A stretch of 64,000 nucleotides of DNA from Ostreococcus lucimarinus. Its lineage: Eukaryota. This document shows, one piece after another, positions 50,237-59,074 of this stretch. The position numbers and the translations under genes are program-made. The notes beneath the pieces are model-generated. The model did no database searches, had not been told where the DNA came from, and worked only from the letters and a program-made list of their open reading frames with translations. Within the stretch, counting starts at the first letter, position 1; every line of letters begins with the position of its first letter. The stretch lies in assembly GCA_000092065.1 (NCBI GenBank), contig CP000587.1; one strand, 5' to 3'.

Positions 50237-50946
50237 ATGCACGCCGCGTTGTCGTCCAAGCTCTCCACCGTCGCTCTGCGCATCGCGCCCGCGCGCGTCG
50301 ACGCGCGCGCGCCGCGTCGCGCCGTCATCGAGTGCGCGCACAAGAAGGGGACGGGGTCGACGAAGAATGGCCGCGATTCCAACCCGCAGTACCTCGGCGT
50401 GAAGAAGTACGGCGAGGAGAAGGTGCAGGTCGGATCGATCATCGTTCGTCAGCGAGGGAACAAGGTGCGTGCGCGTCGAGCGCGCGCGAGAGAGAGCGCG
50501 AGCCGCGGGCGCGAGGCGACGCGCGCGACCCTCGGATTCAGGGTTTCCGCGAACGCGACGAAAGCGGGGTCCAGCGACGCGCGACGCCGACGCGAGGGTC
50601 GTCGAACGCGGTGAATGATTCGAAAATCGCGCGTTTCTCGCGTTTCGATCGCGCGCTGACCCGTGCGCGCGCTTTTCGTCGCTCGCAGTTCCACGCCGGC
50701 GCCGGCGTCGGCACCGGGAAGGATTTCACCCTCTTCGCGCTCAGAGACGGCGAAGTCATGTTCAAGGTTGGCGCGAACAAGAAGAAGTTCGTCACCGTCG
50801 TCGATACGGTCGACCGTTCCGGTCGCGCCGACGGTCAACCGACGCGTAAGGATAAGCGCAAGGCGATGTACTCGCCGCGCGCCGTCGTTCGCGCCGCGCT
50901 AGAGGAGGGCATCTCCGCGCCGGGCGTCGAGCGCGTCGCTCGTTAA
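50237..50946 (+). CDS. RPL27: Organellar ribosomal protein bL27 (paralog 1) with presequence; exon1 50237..50464, intron 50465..50688, exon2 50689..50946
   Basis: [43 protein letters not shown]|GTGCGTG...GCGCTGAC(28 nt)CGCAG|[39 protein letters not shown] is the bL27 core, continuing into a 40-aa C-terminal extension ([30 protein letters not shown]..). The two halves come from track ORFs 50237..50614 and 50188..50946. Confidence 0.85.
50278..50464 (+). repeat. 187-bp segment perfectly identical to 51215..51401 (5' coding part of the two bL27 paralogs)
   Basis: I compared the two copies base by base and found no mismatch. Identity stops exactly at the exon1|intron junction of paralog 1. The two paralogs downstream differ at most synonymous third positions. 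Confidence 0.85.
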
Positions 50947-51158
50947 CTCGCGCGCGTCCTAGTCCCGCGCGCGCGCGTCGTAGATCCATCCATCATCACC
51001 CTAGACACCGTGTATCGCTTAGTGAACGTCATTATTTCAATCTCCCGCGGCTTCGCGCTCCGCCGTGGCTTCGCGCGCGTCGTCGGCGCTAAGCCCTAGC
51101 CCTACTACCTCTTCGACGTCATCGCCATCGCGTCGTCGTCCGCACACGCGCGCGCGAC

Positions 51159-52076
51159 ATGATCGCCGCCGCCTCCGCCCTCGCGTCGAGGTTCGCCGTC
51201 GCGACCGCGCTCGATCGCATCGCGCCCGCGCGCGTCGACGCGCGCGCGCCGCGTCGCGCCGTCATCGAGTGCGCGCACAAGAAGGGGACGGGGTCGACGA
51301 AGAATGGCCGCGATTCCAACCCGCAGTACCTCGGCGTGAAGAAGTACGGCGAGGAGAAGGTGCAGGTCGGATCGATCATCGTTCGTCAGCGAGGGAACAA
51401 GTTCCACGCGGGCGACGGCGTCGGGACGGGTAAAGATTTTACGCTGTACGCGCTCAGGGACGGCGAGGTCAAGTTTAAAGTCGGCGCGAATAAGAAAAAG
51501 TTCGTGACGATCGTCGACGCGGTCGATCGATCGGGACGCGCGGACGGTGAACCGACGAGAAAGGATAAGCGCAAGGCGATGTACTCGCCGAGAGCGGTGG
51601 TGCGGGAGGCTTTGGAGAATGGGACGGCGGCGCCGACGAGGACGGTGGTGGCGACGCGACGCTCGGCGGCGGCGGACGCGCCGGCGAAGGCGGAGAAGAC
51701 GGCCAAGGCGCCGGCGAAGGCCAAGGCGGCGACGACGACGGTGAAGAAGACGCTCACCAAGTCTGGCTCCGCGGCGGCGCCCAAGGGGTTCTACCGCCAG
51801 GTGAGCAAGGTGCGCTACTGTAACCTGAGTCTGTTGCTCATGGACGAAGCGATGGAAGCCAACGGCGTCCTCACCGAGGCTGACGTCAAGAGTTTCCACG
51901 ACCACATGCTCGACGGTCAAGGCGTCACCCCGACCGAGCTCGCGACGTTGGAATTCGTTCTCAACGGCGGTGGAGGCAAGTACTCTTACGTCGTCGACGA
52001 CGCCGCCAAGGCGTTTCTCGAGGCGACCATCGCCGCGGAGCGCGCGACGCTCGAATCCGAAGGCGGCGCTCGGTGA
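51159..52076 (+). CDS. RPL27: Organellar ribosomal protein bL27 (paralog 2), intronless, with long C-terminal extension (Ala/Lys H1-like tract plus unknown domain)
   Basis: It has the same bL27 core (..[51 protein letters not shown]) with no intron. It is followed by [30 protein letters not shown], then [28 protein letters not shown] and a 100-aa region (..[64 protein letters not shown]..) of unknown family. The ATG was verified. Confidence 0.8.
   Translation: MIAAASALASRFAVATALDRIAPARVDARAPRRAVIECAHKKGTGSTKNGRDSNPQYLGVKKYGEEKVQVGSIIVRQRGNKFHAGDGVGTGKDFTLYALRDGEVKFKVGANKKKFVTIVDAVDRSGRADGEPTRKDKRKAMYSPRAVVREALENGTAAPTRTVVATRRSAAADAPAKAEKTAKAPAKAKAATTTVKKTLTKSGSAAAPKGFYRQVSKVRYCNLSLLLMDEAMEANGVLTEADVKSFHDHMLDGQGVTPTELATLEFVLNGGGGKYSYVVDDAAKAFLEATIAAERATLESEGGAR
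51215..51401 (+). repeat. Second copy of the 187-bp identical segment (see 50278..50464)
   Basis: As above. The antisense artefact ORFs 50137..50442 and 51119..51379 share identical translations, which confirms the duplication. Confidence 0.85.
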
Positions 52077-52260
52077 GCGTCGCCAGGCACGCGCTCGAAT
52101 TGATTTTATAGCCCGTCGATCCATCTAACCACTTGAATTACGACGTCGTCGAACGTTTCGCCAACCTCCGCCGCGCGCGTCCGATTCAAACCGCGCGCCG
52201 TTTCAATCGCGCCCGCACACCGCGCCGCGCTCGGCCTCGAACGCCGCGACCACGCGACGC

Positions 52261-53337
52261 ATGATGATGAAGATCTCCCCGACGTCCTCGCGCACCGCCT
52301 GCGCGCGCGCGGCGATCCAATCCGCGTTCCGTCGCACCGACGCCGCGGCCGCGCCGTCGGCGCATCGGCTGTCGTCGAGCGCGCCCGCGCCGGCGTCGCT
52401 GCGCGCGTCCGCGTACGGACGACGACAGCGCTCGAGCGCGATGGTGGCGCGCGCGATGGCGGCGGAGATCATCGACGGGAAGGCGATCGCGCAGGCGGTG
52501 CGGGACGAAGTTCGAGACAAGGTGACGGCGATGCGAGCGAAAACCGGCAAGGCGCCGGGACTGGCGGTCGTGCTCGTCGGTGAGCGGAAAGACTCGCAAA
52601 CGTACGTGCGGTCGAAGAAAAAGGCGTGCGAAGAGGCGGGGATCGAGTCGTTCGGGACGGATTTGCCGGAAGACGCGACGGAGGAGGAGGTGCTCGCCGT
52701 CGTGGCGGCGTACAACGCGGATCCGAACGTACACGGCATTCTGGTGCAGTTGCCGATGCCGAAGCACATCAACGAGGAGCGCGTGCTCGGGGCGATCGAT
52801 TACGAAAAGGATGTCGATGGGTTTCACCCGCTGAACATCGGACGATTGTCGCAGCGTGGTCGCGAACCGTTGTTCGTGCCGTGCACGCCGCGCGGCTGCA
52901 TCGAACTCCTCGAGCGCACCGGCATCCCCATCGCGGGTAAAGAAGCCGTCGTCGTCGGGCGATCGAACGTCGTGGGCACGCCCGCTGCGCTTTTACTTCA
53001 GCGTCGAGACGCCACGGTGACGATCGTGCACTCGAGAACGCCGAACCCTGAGGAAATTTGTCGCCGAGCCGACATCGTCATCGCCGCGTGCGGGCAGATG
53101 GAAATGGTCAAAGGGTCTTGGCTCAAGCCCGGGTGCGCGGTGATCGACGTCGGAATCAACGCCAAGGACGACCCGAGCAAAAAGCGCGGCTACCGCTTGG
53201 TCGGTGACGTCGAGTACGACTCCGCGGCCGAGGTGGCGGGCCACATCACCCCCGTGCCGGGAGGCGTCGGTCCGATGACCATCGCGATTTTGTTGCAAAA
53301 CACGCTCGAAGGCGCGGAGCGCGCGTTCGGGCCGTGA
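52261..53337 (+). CDS. FOLD: Bifunctional methylenetetrahydrofolate dehydrogenase / methenyl-THF cyclohydrolase (FolD) with organellar presequence
   Basis: EIIDGKAIAQAVRDEV.., the catalytic YVRSKKKACEEAGI, ..GILVQLPMP.., GKEAVVVGRSNVVGTPAALLL and PVPGGVGPMTIAILLQNT are the FolD motifs. About 70 aa of Ser/Ala/Arg presequence follow the verified ATG (MMMKISPTSS). Confidence 0.9.
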   Translation: MMMKISPTSSRTACARAAIQSAFRRTDAAAAPSAHRLSSSAPAPASLRASAYGRRQRSSAMVARAMAAEIIDGKAIAQAVRDEVRDKVTAMRAKTGKAPGLAVVLVGERKDSQTYVRSKKKACEEAGIESFGTDLPEDATEEEVLAVVAAYNADPNVHGILVQLPMPKHINEERVLGAIDYEKDVDGFHPLNIGRLSQRGREPLFVPCTPRGCIELLERTGIPIAGKEAVVVGRSNVVGTPAALLLQRRDATVTIVHSRTPNPEEICRRADIVIAACGQMEMVKGSWLKPGCAVIDVGINAKDDPSKKRGYRLVGDVEYDSAAEVAGHITPVPGGVGPMTIAILLQNTLEGAERAFGP

Positions 53338-53438
53338 GCCGTAGCCGATGCGTGATAATAACACACTACATTATTAGAAGAGCAAAAAGTAAGTCGCGTT
53401 TGTGCACACGAACGTCCGTGACGTTGCGAAAAAAAGAA

Positions 53439-53602
53439 TGCGGTTAACCGGGATCGAACCGGTGACCTTCGGATCGCTCTCCGACGTTCGTCGGGGAAGG
53501 GGAAGTGGGATCTTTATGATCTCAGTCGTGTTGATGTCGTGTTTGAGCTTCGAGAGCTGTACGTTATGAGACCGACGCTCTAACCAACTGAGCCATAACC
53601 GC
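53439..53602 (-). tRNA. trnM-CAU: Elongator tRNA-Met (anticodon CAT) with an ~88-nt intron at the canonical 37/38 position
   Basis: The minus strand reads GCGGTTATGGCTCAGTTGGTTAGAGCGTCGGTCTCATA[intron ACGTACAGCTCTCG...GGAGAGCG]ATCCGAAGGTCACCGGTTCGATCCCGGTTAACCGCA. It has a 7-bp acceptor stem, D-arm GCTC/GAGC, anticodon stem TCGGT/TCCGA with a U31.U39 pair as in human elongator tRNA-Met, anticodon CAT, variable loop AGGTC, T-arm ACCGG-TTCGATC-CCGGT and discriminator A. G1:C72 with a TTCGATC T-loop marks it as elongator rather than initiator. Confidence 0.8.
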
Positions 53603-53664
53603 TAGGCTTACGAAACCCTATTATATAGGATCTCCATGTGTAAAAAGGCGATAAATTTAAAGTC

Positions 53665-53688
53665 CCGGGCGCGCGCGCGCGCGCGCGC
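53665..53688 (+). repeat. (GC)n dinucleotide tract
   Basis: cgggcgcgcgcgcgcgcgcgcgcg lies immediately upstream of the epimerase gene. Translated it gives the poly-Arg at the start of track ORF 53692. Confidence 0.7.
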
Positions 53689-53760
53689 GTCGTGTTACGG
53701 TTTCGCGCGCGCGCGACGCGCCGCCGCCGCCGCCGACGGCGTCACTCCCGCGCGCGCGCG

Positions 53761-55113
53761 ATGCTCGCGTCGTCGCTCAGCGCGTCTCGCGCCGTCGCGC
53801 CGCGCGCCTCGCGCGCGTTCCGCGACGCCCGATCGAGCGCGCGTCGCACCGCGCGACGCGCGCGCGCGCCCGCGCGCGTCGCCGCCAAGCTCGAGGACAC
53901 GCCGAAATTCGTCCGCGATTCGCGCGACGACGCCAAGGCGGCGCAGCCGCCGGACGCGGGACGAACGGCGGCGGACGTCGAGGCGTTTATCGCCGATCTC
54001 TCGGGCGACGCGAGGGGGGACTCGCCGGTGACGCAGACGCTGAACAAGGAGTTTGGATTGTCGGACGGCGCGACGCCGTTCGTGCGCGTGCGCGACGGAC
54101 GAGGGTCGCTGACCAAGGTGACGCTGACGCACCCGAACGGATCGTACGTGGACGTGTATTTGAAGGGAGGAAACGTCGCGAGCTGGGTGCTGGCGTCGGG
54201 GGGGGAGGTGCTGTACGTGCCGGATGATGCGAGCTTTAAAAAGCACGCGCCGACGGACGGGGGAAACCCCGTGTGCTTTCCGCAATTCGGCGCGGGAGGC
54301 GAACGACCGGGGTCCGTGGGAGCGGCGAAGATGCCGGAGGACGGATTCGCGAACCGAATGGAATGGCGAATCGGCGAGACGGGGACGTACGCGTCGAGCG
54401 ATGGAACGTCGTGCCCGTTCGTGACGCTCGAGTTGACGGACGACGACTCGAGTCGCGCCGCGTTCAATCACAACTTCAAGTTGACGCAAGAAATTTCGCT
54501 CGAGCACAACGCGTTGAAGGTGAAGATGACGTGCGCGAATACCGGTTCGACGGCGTTTGAGTACGCGATCGGACGCAAGGCACACATTGCGGTGAGCGAC
54601 GTGCGCGAGGGCGACGTGTATTACGTCGGTTTCGAAGACTGCGTCGTCCTGGACAACTGTTTGCACCCGACCAAGCCGCGCGTTCGGTTCACCAAGGACC
54701 TAGACGCCATGTCCGAACGTTGTTTCAAGCTCGACGGTCCGACGGATAAGGTGTACTTGGCCACGGAAGATCTCGCCACGGGTGTCGAAGTTGGCACCGG
54801 GTGCACCGTGTTCGCCCAAAACCTCTCGGGCGAGCGCGGATGCGTGGACCGCGCGGTGTTCAACCCGTGGGAAGCGTCGCCGAAGACGTACCGCTGGTAC
54901 GCTGGATTAGGCATAGGTAACTTTGGCAAGCTTCGCGTGGCGGAACCGGACACGAAGTCGTCCACGGAGATTCAATACAAAGTCGTGGACTCCACGCCGA
55001 GCATCGGCATTCGCGAAGATTTCGAGTTGTTCGAAAAGGTGAACGCGCGCAACATGTTCGCGCGGCCGAAGATTGATTTGAGCAACGCCGAGCTGCCGGA
55101 TGACATGCAGTAA
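53761..55113 (+). CDS. Glucose-6-phosphate 1-epimerase-like (aldose 1-epimerase superfamily, YeaD/YMR099C type) with chloroplast-like transit peptide
   Basis: It carries the hallmark GGNPVCFPQFG plus ..DGFANRMEWRIGET.. and ..FEYAIGRKAHIAV.. from the mutarotase beta-sandwich. The ATG at 53761 (MLASSLSASRAVAPRASRAF..) was verified. The first 23 codons of the track ORF are poly-Arg from a (GC)n tract. Confidence 0.8.
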   Translation: MLASSLSASRAVAPRASRAFRDARSSARRTARRARAPARVAAKLEDTPKFVRDSRDDAKAAQPPDAGRTAADVEAFIADLSGDARGDSPVTQTLNKEFGLSDGATPFVRVRDGRGSLTKVTLTHPNGSYVDVYLKGGNVASWVLASGGEVLYVPDDASFKKHAPTDGGNPVCFPQFGAGGERPGSVGAAKMPEDGFANRMEWRIGETGTYASSDGTSCPFVTLELTDDDSSRAAFNHNFKLTQEISLEHNALKVKMTCANTGSTAFEYAIGRKAHIAVSDVREGDVYYVGFEDCVVLDNCLHPTKPRVRFTKDLDAMSERCFKLDGPTDKVYLATEDLATGVEVGTGCTVFAQNLSGERGCVDRAVFNPWEASPKTYRWYAGLGIGNFGKLRVAEPDTKSSTEIQYKVVDSTPSIGIREDFELFEKVNARNMFARPKIDLSNAELPDDMQ

Positions 55114-55270
55114 TTAGTCGAGATTCCAGGAGGAGTCGTGTAAGCAATATTAGAAGTTTTCATTCGAAACGTCGACTAATGAACGGCGCGCTAGTACGTT
55201 CGAACTCCAAAAGACGACGCGGATTTGCTAATGATGGCAGATACGCGCGAGCGAGCGACATTGTGCGCGC

Positions 55271-56017
55271 TCACGTCGGCGCCGCCGCCGCATCGCCCGC
55301 GTACTCGCCCGGCGGCTTGAGATCCGGCCAGTCGCCTCGACATCCGAACCGCACGTACAAATTCTTCTTCCCGCACAACTGATCGTCCGCGTCCACCAAA
55401 GCGTCGATCCCCGCCAACACCTGATCCGCCGCGGCTTCACCGTCGACGGCGACCCCTTTCTTCACCACCACGCGCACCTCGCTCAGCTCGTACGCCTGCC
55501 GCTGCGGCGCGCTCTCGTCCGCCCCCTCCGCGTCCACCCACACCGTTATCGCCCCGAACAACCACGTCCAGCAGTCCCCTCGCGCGGTCGCGCCCCGTCC
55601 TCCCCCGCACGTCGCCACGCACAGCCTCAAAAACGTCGCCAACTGTTCGTGCGCGCTATTCTCCAGCACCAACGCCTTCGCGTCCTCGCTCATGTCGTCG
55701 TCGTCGTCCATCGTCATCCCCTCCTCCGCCCCTCTCGCCATCGTGCTCTCCAGCAGCGCCGGCACGCTCACGGGCGAGTACGCCAACCGCACCGCGAGCG
55801 CTCGCGCGACGACGTCGTTCGCGTCGGCGTCATCACCGACCACGACGACGCTCACGCCCTTGAGCTTCGCGGCGACGGTTTCGCCTTTCGTCGCGCGCGT
55901 CGCCGTCGCGCGCGCCCGCGCGCCGGTCCGCGCGCCGCGACTCGCGTCCTTCTTCCGTCCCGCGCCCGCGGCGGGCGCGCCGCGCGGGTGCACCGCGCCG
56001 AGGGACGCGGCGACCAT
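55271..56017 (-). CDS. Shikimate kinase-like protein with degenerate Walker A (SKL-type, probably not a kinase), transit peptide
   Basis: The fold order matches shikimate kinase: GVSVVVVGDDADANDVVARALAVRLAYSPVSVPALLE ~ SK IFLVGMMGSGKTTVGRLLAERLGY.FVDTDQLIE, and CVATCGGGRGATARGDCWTWLFGAITVWVDAE ~ SK VVATGGGAVL..EN.ALL...GTVVYLDA. The P-loop GxxGxGK(S/T) is replaced by GDDADAND. The ATG was verified. The N-terminus MVAASLGAVHPRGAPAAGAGRKKDASRGARTGARARA is transit-peptide-like. Confidence 0.5.
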   Translation of the reverse strand: MVAASLGAVHPRGAPAAGAGRKKDASRGARTGARARATATRATKGETVAAKLKGVSVVVVGDDADANDVVARALAVRLAYSPVSVPALLESTMARGAEEGMTMDDDDDMSEDAKALVLENSAHEQLATFLRLCVATCGGGRGATARGDCWTWLFGAITVWVDAEGADESAPQRQAYELSEVRVVVKKGVAVDGEAAADQVLAGIDALVDADDQLCGKKNLYVRFGCRGDWPDLKPPGEYAGDAAAAPT

Positions 56018-56152
56018 GAGACGCGCTCGGGTTTGCGGACCAGCCGCGGCGCGGCGAGCGAAAGGCGAACGAACGGCGAACGAACGGCGGTCATCGAACG
56101 ACGCGCGCGTCGAGGACTCGGAATCGGCGCGAGAAAAAATGAGAAATCGTCG

Positions 56153-58567
56153 TTACGCCGCGAACGCGCGCGAGAGAACGTCTCGCGAGCGGTCGAGCTG
56201 GCGCCGAAGACGCGCTCGCGAGAGGCGTAAATCGTCGAGCGCGCGACGCTCGCGAGACGTCTTGTCCGCGTGAAGACGCGCGTTGCGGTCGAGACGCGCG
56301 GCGATGGCGGCGGCTTCGCTGATGTCTTCTCGCGTTCGAGCGGAAACTGCGCTGGATGAGGCCTGAGGGCCGGTGTGGAAGAGGAAGCTTTGAAGACGCT
56401 TGCTCACGCGGAGGAGGGCGACTTCGACGGCTCGGGCGTCGACGTCTTCGCACCGTAATCGAAGGACGCGCGTTTCCCACTTCACACGCTCGATTTCATC
56501 TCTTGTTGTCGCGTTCGCGCGCTCAGCGCGCGCTTTGGCGGCGTAGGATTCACGAAGCTTTGCGTTGATGGCGTCGATGCGCGCCTTGGGCACGAGGATG
56601 ACGTCGTCTCGCTCGAGCGCGTCGGCGGTGGATTTTAATGGAATCTCCACGTATCCGCGATCGAGATGCGCGGCGCAATCGATGTCATACGCTCGAGTCC
56701 ATCGTGCCGATTGCGCCGTCTTTCGATCGTGTTCGTGCCGATTGGCGATGTCTGCCAGCTCTCGCGCGGTTGCCTCGAGCGCGCGCATCTTCTCCGTCGT
56801 GCGCGCGTGCGCGTCTTTGGCGTCTCGGAGCTCGCGCTCGAGCGTCGCGCGTTTCGCGCGCGCCAACACTAGGAATCCCCACCACCGATCGTCTAACCTT
56901 TGAGGGAAAACAGGAATCTTCTTACTCGCGGCTTCTTCAACCGTGCGTGCGATGGCGTCTTGACGTTGATACAACGCCTGCAGCGCGTCCAAATGCACGC
57001 TGCTCGCCGGATGATCTTGCACTTCGCGTCTGAACGCACGCTGAGCCGCCTTCAACGCGAATGTGGCCGAATCTAACAGTCGCTGTGTTTCCTCAACGTT
57101 CGCCGCATACTCACGCACGATTTCTGTCGCGCGATGAACATCCGAGAGCGCCTCTCGAACGCGCGCTGCCTCCTCGTCGGATTTGCCGTCGAAATCGCCC
57201 GCGAGATGGCGCTCGTGGAGCCGTCGAGCTATACGCGCGCGCCGCAAGTCAAACATAACGATCGCAAACTCGGTATTTTCGCGCTCGATCGCGAGGTCTC
57301 GAATTCTTTGATTGTACGCGCCGGTGATCTCGCTCGCCTCTTGAAATAACTTTCTCAGAGCGAGTCGCGTCGCCACTCTCCACTCGTCTCGAGCGCGACG
57401 TTTGTTTTGCAACATTTGTTGATACGTCGCCAGCGTGCCCATTTGATCCCCAGTGAGCGAACGCAGTTTTCGCAACTCTTCGGGATCACGATCATCGTCG
57501 CTCGGCGCGAGAAACTCGGGACGTTCGATGCGCGCGGTCGCCGCCGCCGTGCTCTCGAAATCCTGGCGCTTGTCGCACGCCTCCGCGTCGATGCGCCCTG
57601 TTTCGTCCACTATGATATCATCACCCATCATCGTTTTCAGAACGTTTGCAACGCCTTCGTCCGAATGCATGATTGATGTTTGATCAGTCCCCGCACCTTC
57701 GCTTGGTCCGCCATCCTCCGCCTTCCCGCTCCCAGCGAGCGATTGGATGCGCCACTCGCTCGCGTCGTCGCCGTCGGCGACGATTGCTCGCATCGCTGCC
57801 GAGTCCCACCACTCCGTCAATGTGTCCGCTTCGGTGGCAACGAGCGCATCATCGTTATTCACATCAGGAAACGATTTACGAGCGGCGCACACCCTGCGAT
57901 CGATCGAGCGTAGACGCTCGATTATCTCGCCTCGCTGTGCGAGCGCCGATGCGTGCTCGGCGTTGAATTCTTCGCGCGCAGACGCGGCTCGACATCGCAA
58001 CGTGTGACACTGCGTCATCATCCGTCTAGGATACACCAAGTCCGCGCACGCGTGCATAGTCTCTCGCACTCGCATCGTCGCCGAAGAGGCCGTGCCGGAG
58101 GAATCATCGTCGTTCGTCGTCGCCTTCGCGCGTCGCTGCGACTCGAGCTCGAGCTCGACGCGACGAAGCACCCTCGCCTTGACCCCTCTCATCTCCCTCG
58201 CCTCGCGCGTCGCGCTCAAGGGGAAATTCCACACCTTTGGTGCCGTCTTGCGATCGAATCCGCGCGCCGTCGTCGCGAACGCGCGCACGTCCATCGTGAG
58301 TCGACGCACTTTCGCCTCGTTGGCGCGGCGAAGCGTCGCGAGTGATTCTTTGGCGTCATCGATGATTCGTCGCACGTAAGCGTCATACACGAGCTCTACC
58401 GCCGCCGTAGCGTCGGCGTCGATGGTGATATCGACATCTCGCGATTTAGCGCGCGTTGAGACGTCGTTGACGTCGGTGCGCAAGCGATGGAGTCGGGATC
58501 TGAGGGACGCCGCGCGCGCGCGTTGTCCATTCGTCTTCTCGGGACGGGACGGGTCGAGCGAAGACAT
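56153..58567 (-). CDS. Large coiled-coil protein (hypothetical; flagellar/ciliary-type coiled-coil proteins are one possibility)
   Basis: About 800 aa are predominantly Arg/Glu/Ala/Leu heptad-like (..LERELRDAKDAHARTTEKMRALEATARELADIANRHEHDRKTAQS..). The first in-frame ATG giving MSSLDPSRPEKTNGQRARA is near 58567. The track ORF start 58738 includes 57 extra codons. No family assigned. Confidence 0.4.
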   Translation of the reverse strand: MSSLDPSRPEKTNGQRARAASLRSRLHRLRTDVNDVSTRAKSRDVDITIDADATAAVELVYDAYVRRIIDDAKESLATLRRANEAKVRRLTMDVRAFATTARGFDRKTAPKVWNFPLSATREAREMRGVKARVLRRVELELESQRRAKATTNDDDSSGTASSATMRVRETMHACADLVYPRRMMTQCHTLRCRAASAREEFNAEHASALAQRGEIIERLRSIDRRVCAARKSFPDVNNDDALVATEADTLTEWWDSAAMRAIVADGDDASEWRIQSLAGSGKAEDGGPSEGAGTDQTSIMHSDEGVANVLKTMMGDDIIVDETGRIDAEACDKRQDFESTAAATARIERPEFLAPSDDDRDPEELRKLRSLTGDQMGTLATYQQMLQNKRRARDEWRVATRLALRKLFQEASEITGAYNQRIRDLAIERENTEFAIVMFDLRRARIARRLHERHLAGDFDGKSDEEAARVREALSDVHRATEIVREYAANVEETQRLLDSATFALKAAQRAFRREVQDHPASSVHLDALQALYQRQDAIARTVEEAASKKIPVFPQRLDDRWWGFLVLARAKRATLERELRDAKDAHARTTEKMRALEATARELADIANRHEHDRKTAQSARWTRAYDIDCAAHLDRGYVEIPLKSTADALERDDVILVPKARIDAINAKLRESYAAKARAERANATTRDEIERVKWETRVLRLRCEDVDARAVEVALLRVSKRLQSFLFHTGPQASSSAVSARTREDISEAAAIAARLDRNARLHADKTSRERRALDDLRLSRARLRRQLDRSRDVLSRAFAA

Positions 58568-58801
58568 TCTTCGTGTTTCGCACGCGAGCGAACGCGAACG
58601 AGCGAGTGAATTGAACTCGCGAGAAGCCGTGCCGCGCACGACGACGACGATGAGTAAAGACTGTGCGCCGAGCGTTCTAAATTTGGTATCCACGCTAACA
58701 ACGAGGCGGTTGCCGTAACGATCGATGATCCAAAACAATCACGATCACGATCACTCACGGCGTTCGCCACGACATCTACCCAACTAATGACTAAGGAGAG
58801 A

Positions 58802-59074
58802 TCACTTCCCGTACACGCTCCCGCCGAGGGAACCGCCGAACGAACCGCCGACAGAACCTTTCCCGTCGCCTCCGTCTTCCTCCCGCTGAATCGCCTCGCG
58901 TCGTTCTAAAAACTTACTCACCGCCTGATCCACCGCATCGCGTCCCGTGAGCAACAGCCTGTTCACCATCTCTGGATCACGCTCGAGTCGTCCTGCCTCG
59001 AACTCTTTCCTCGCGGAATCGCGTATGACGTCGCGCCACACCCGTCCGCGCTCGTCCCGCCACACGAAGAACAC
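58802..59074 (-). CDS. LYR-motif (Complex1_LYR family) protein, 3' exon; 5' end unresolved (no in-frame ATG, probably a short upstream exon)
   Basis: The track ORF MFFVWRDERGRVW... starts at a GTG. The frame is open 45 codons further upstream and reads ...DHKRGEYLKNDENHVRQALLTTRKEALSLYRAVIRASVFFVWRDERGRVWRDVIRDSARKEFEAG.., a canonical L-Y-R...R...F motif. It has a Gly-rich C-terminal tail. An acceptor-like GCGCGCAG precedes GACCATAAACGC at about 59190. Confidence 0.5.
   Translation of the reverse strand: MFFVWRDERGRVWRDVIRDSARKEFEAGRLERDPEMVNRLLLTGRDAVDQAVSKFLERREAIQREEDGGDGKGSVGGSFGGSLGGSVYGK

Noticed and set aside
50188-52124. Duplicate bL27 genes as an assembly duplication artefact
   Set aside because: Only 187 bp are identical. 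Flanking sequence and the remaining coding parts are clearly distinct, differing mostly at synonymous sites. One copy has an intron and the other a long C-terminal extension. This argues for two genuine paralogs with localised conversion, though read-depth data would be needed to exclude a chimeric assembly.
53665-53700. (GC)n tract and the many GCGCGCGC runs as CRISPR or other structured repeats
   Set aside because: They are simple dinucleotide or trinucleotide microsatellites without spacer-repeat periodicity. They sit in a eukaryotic context.
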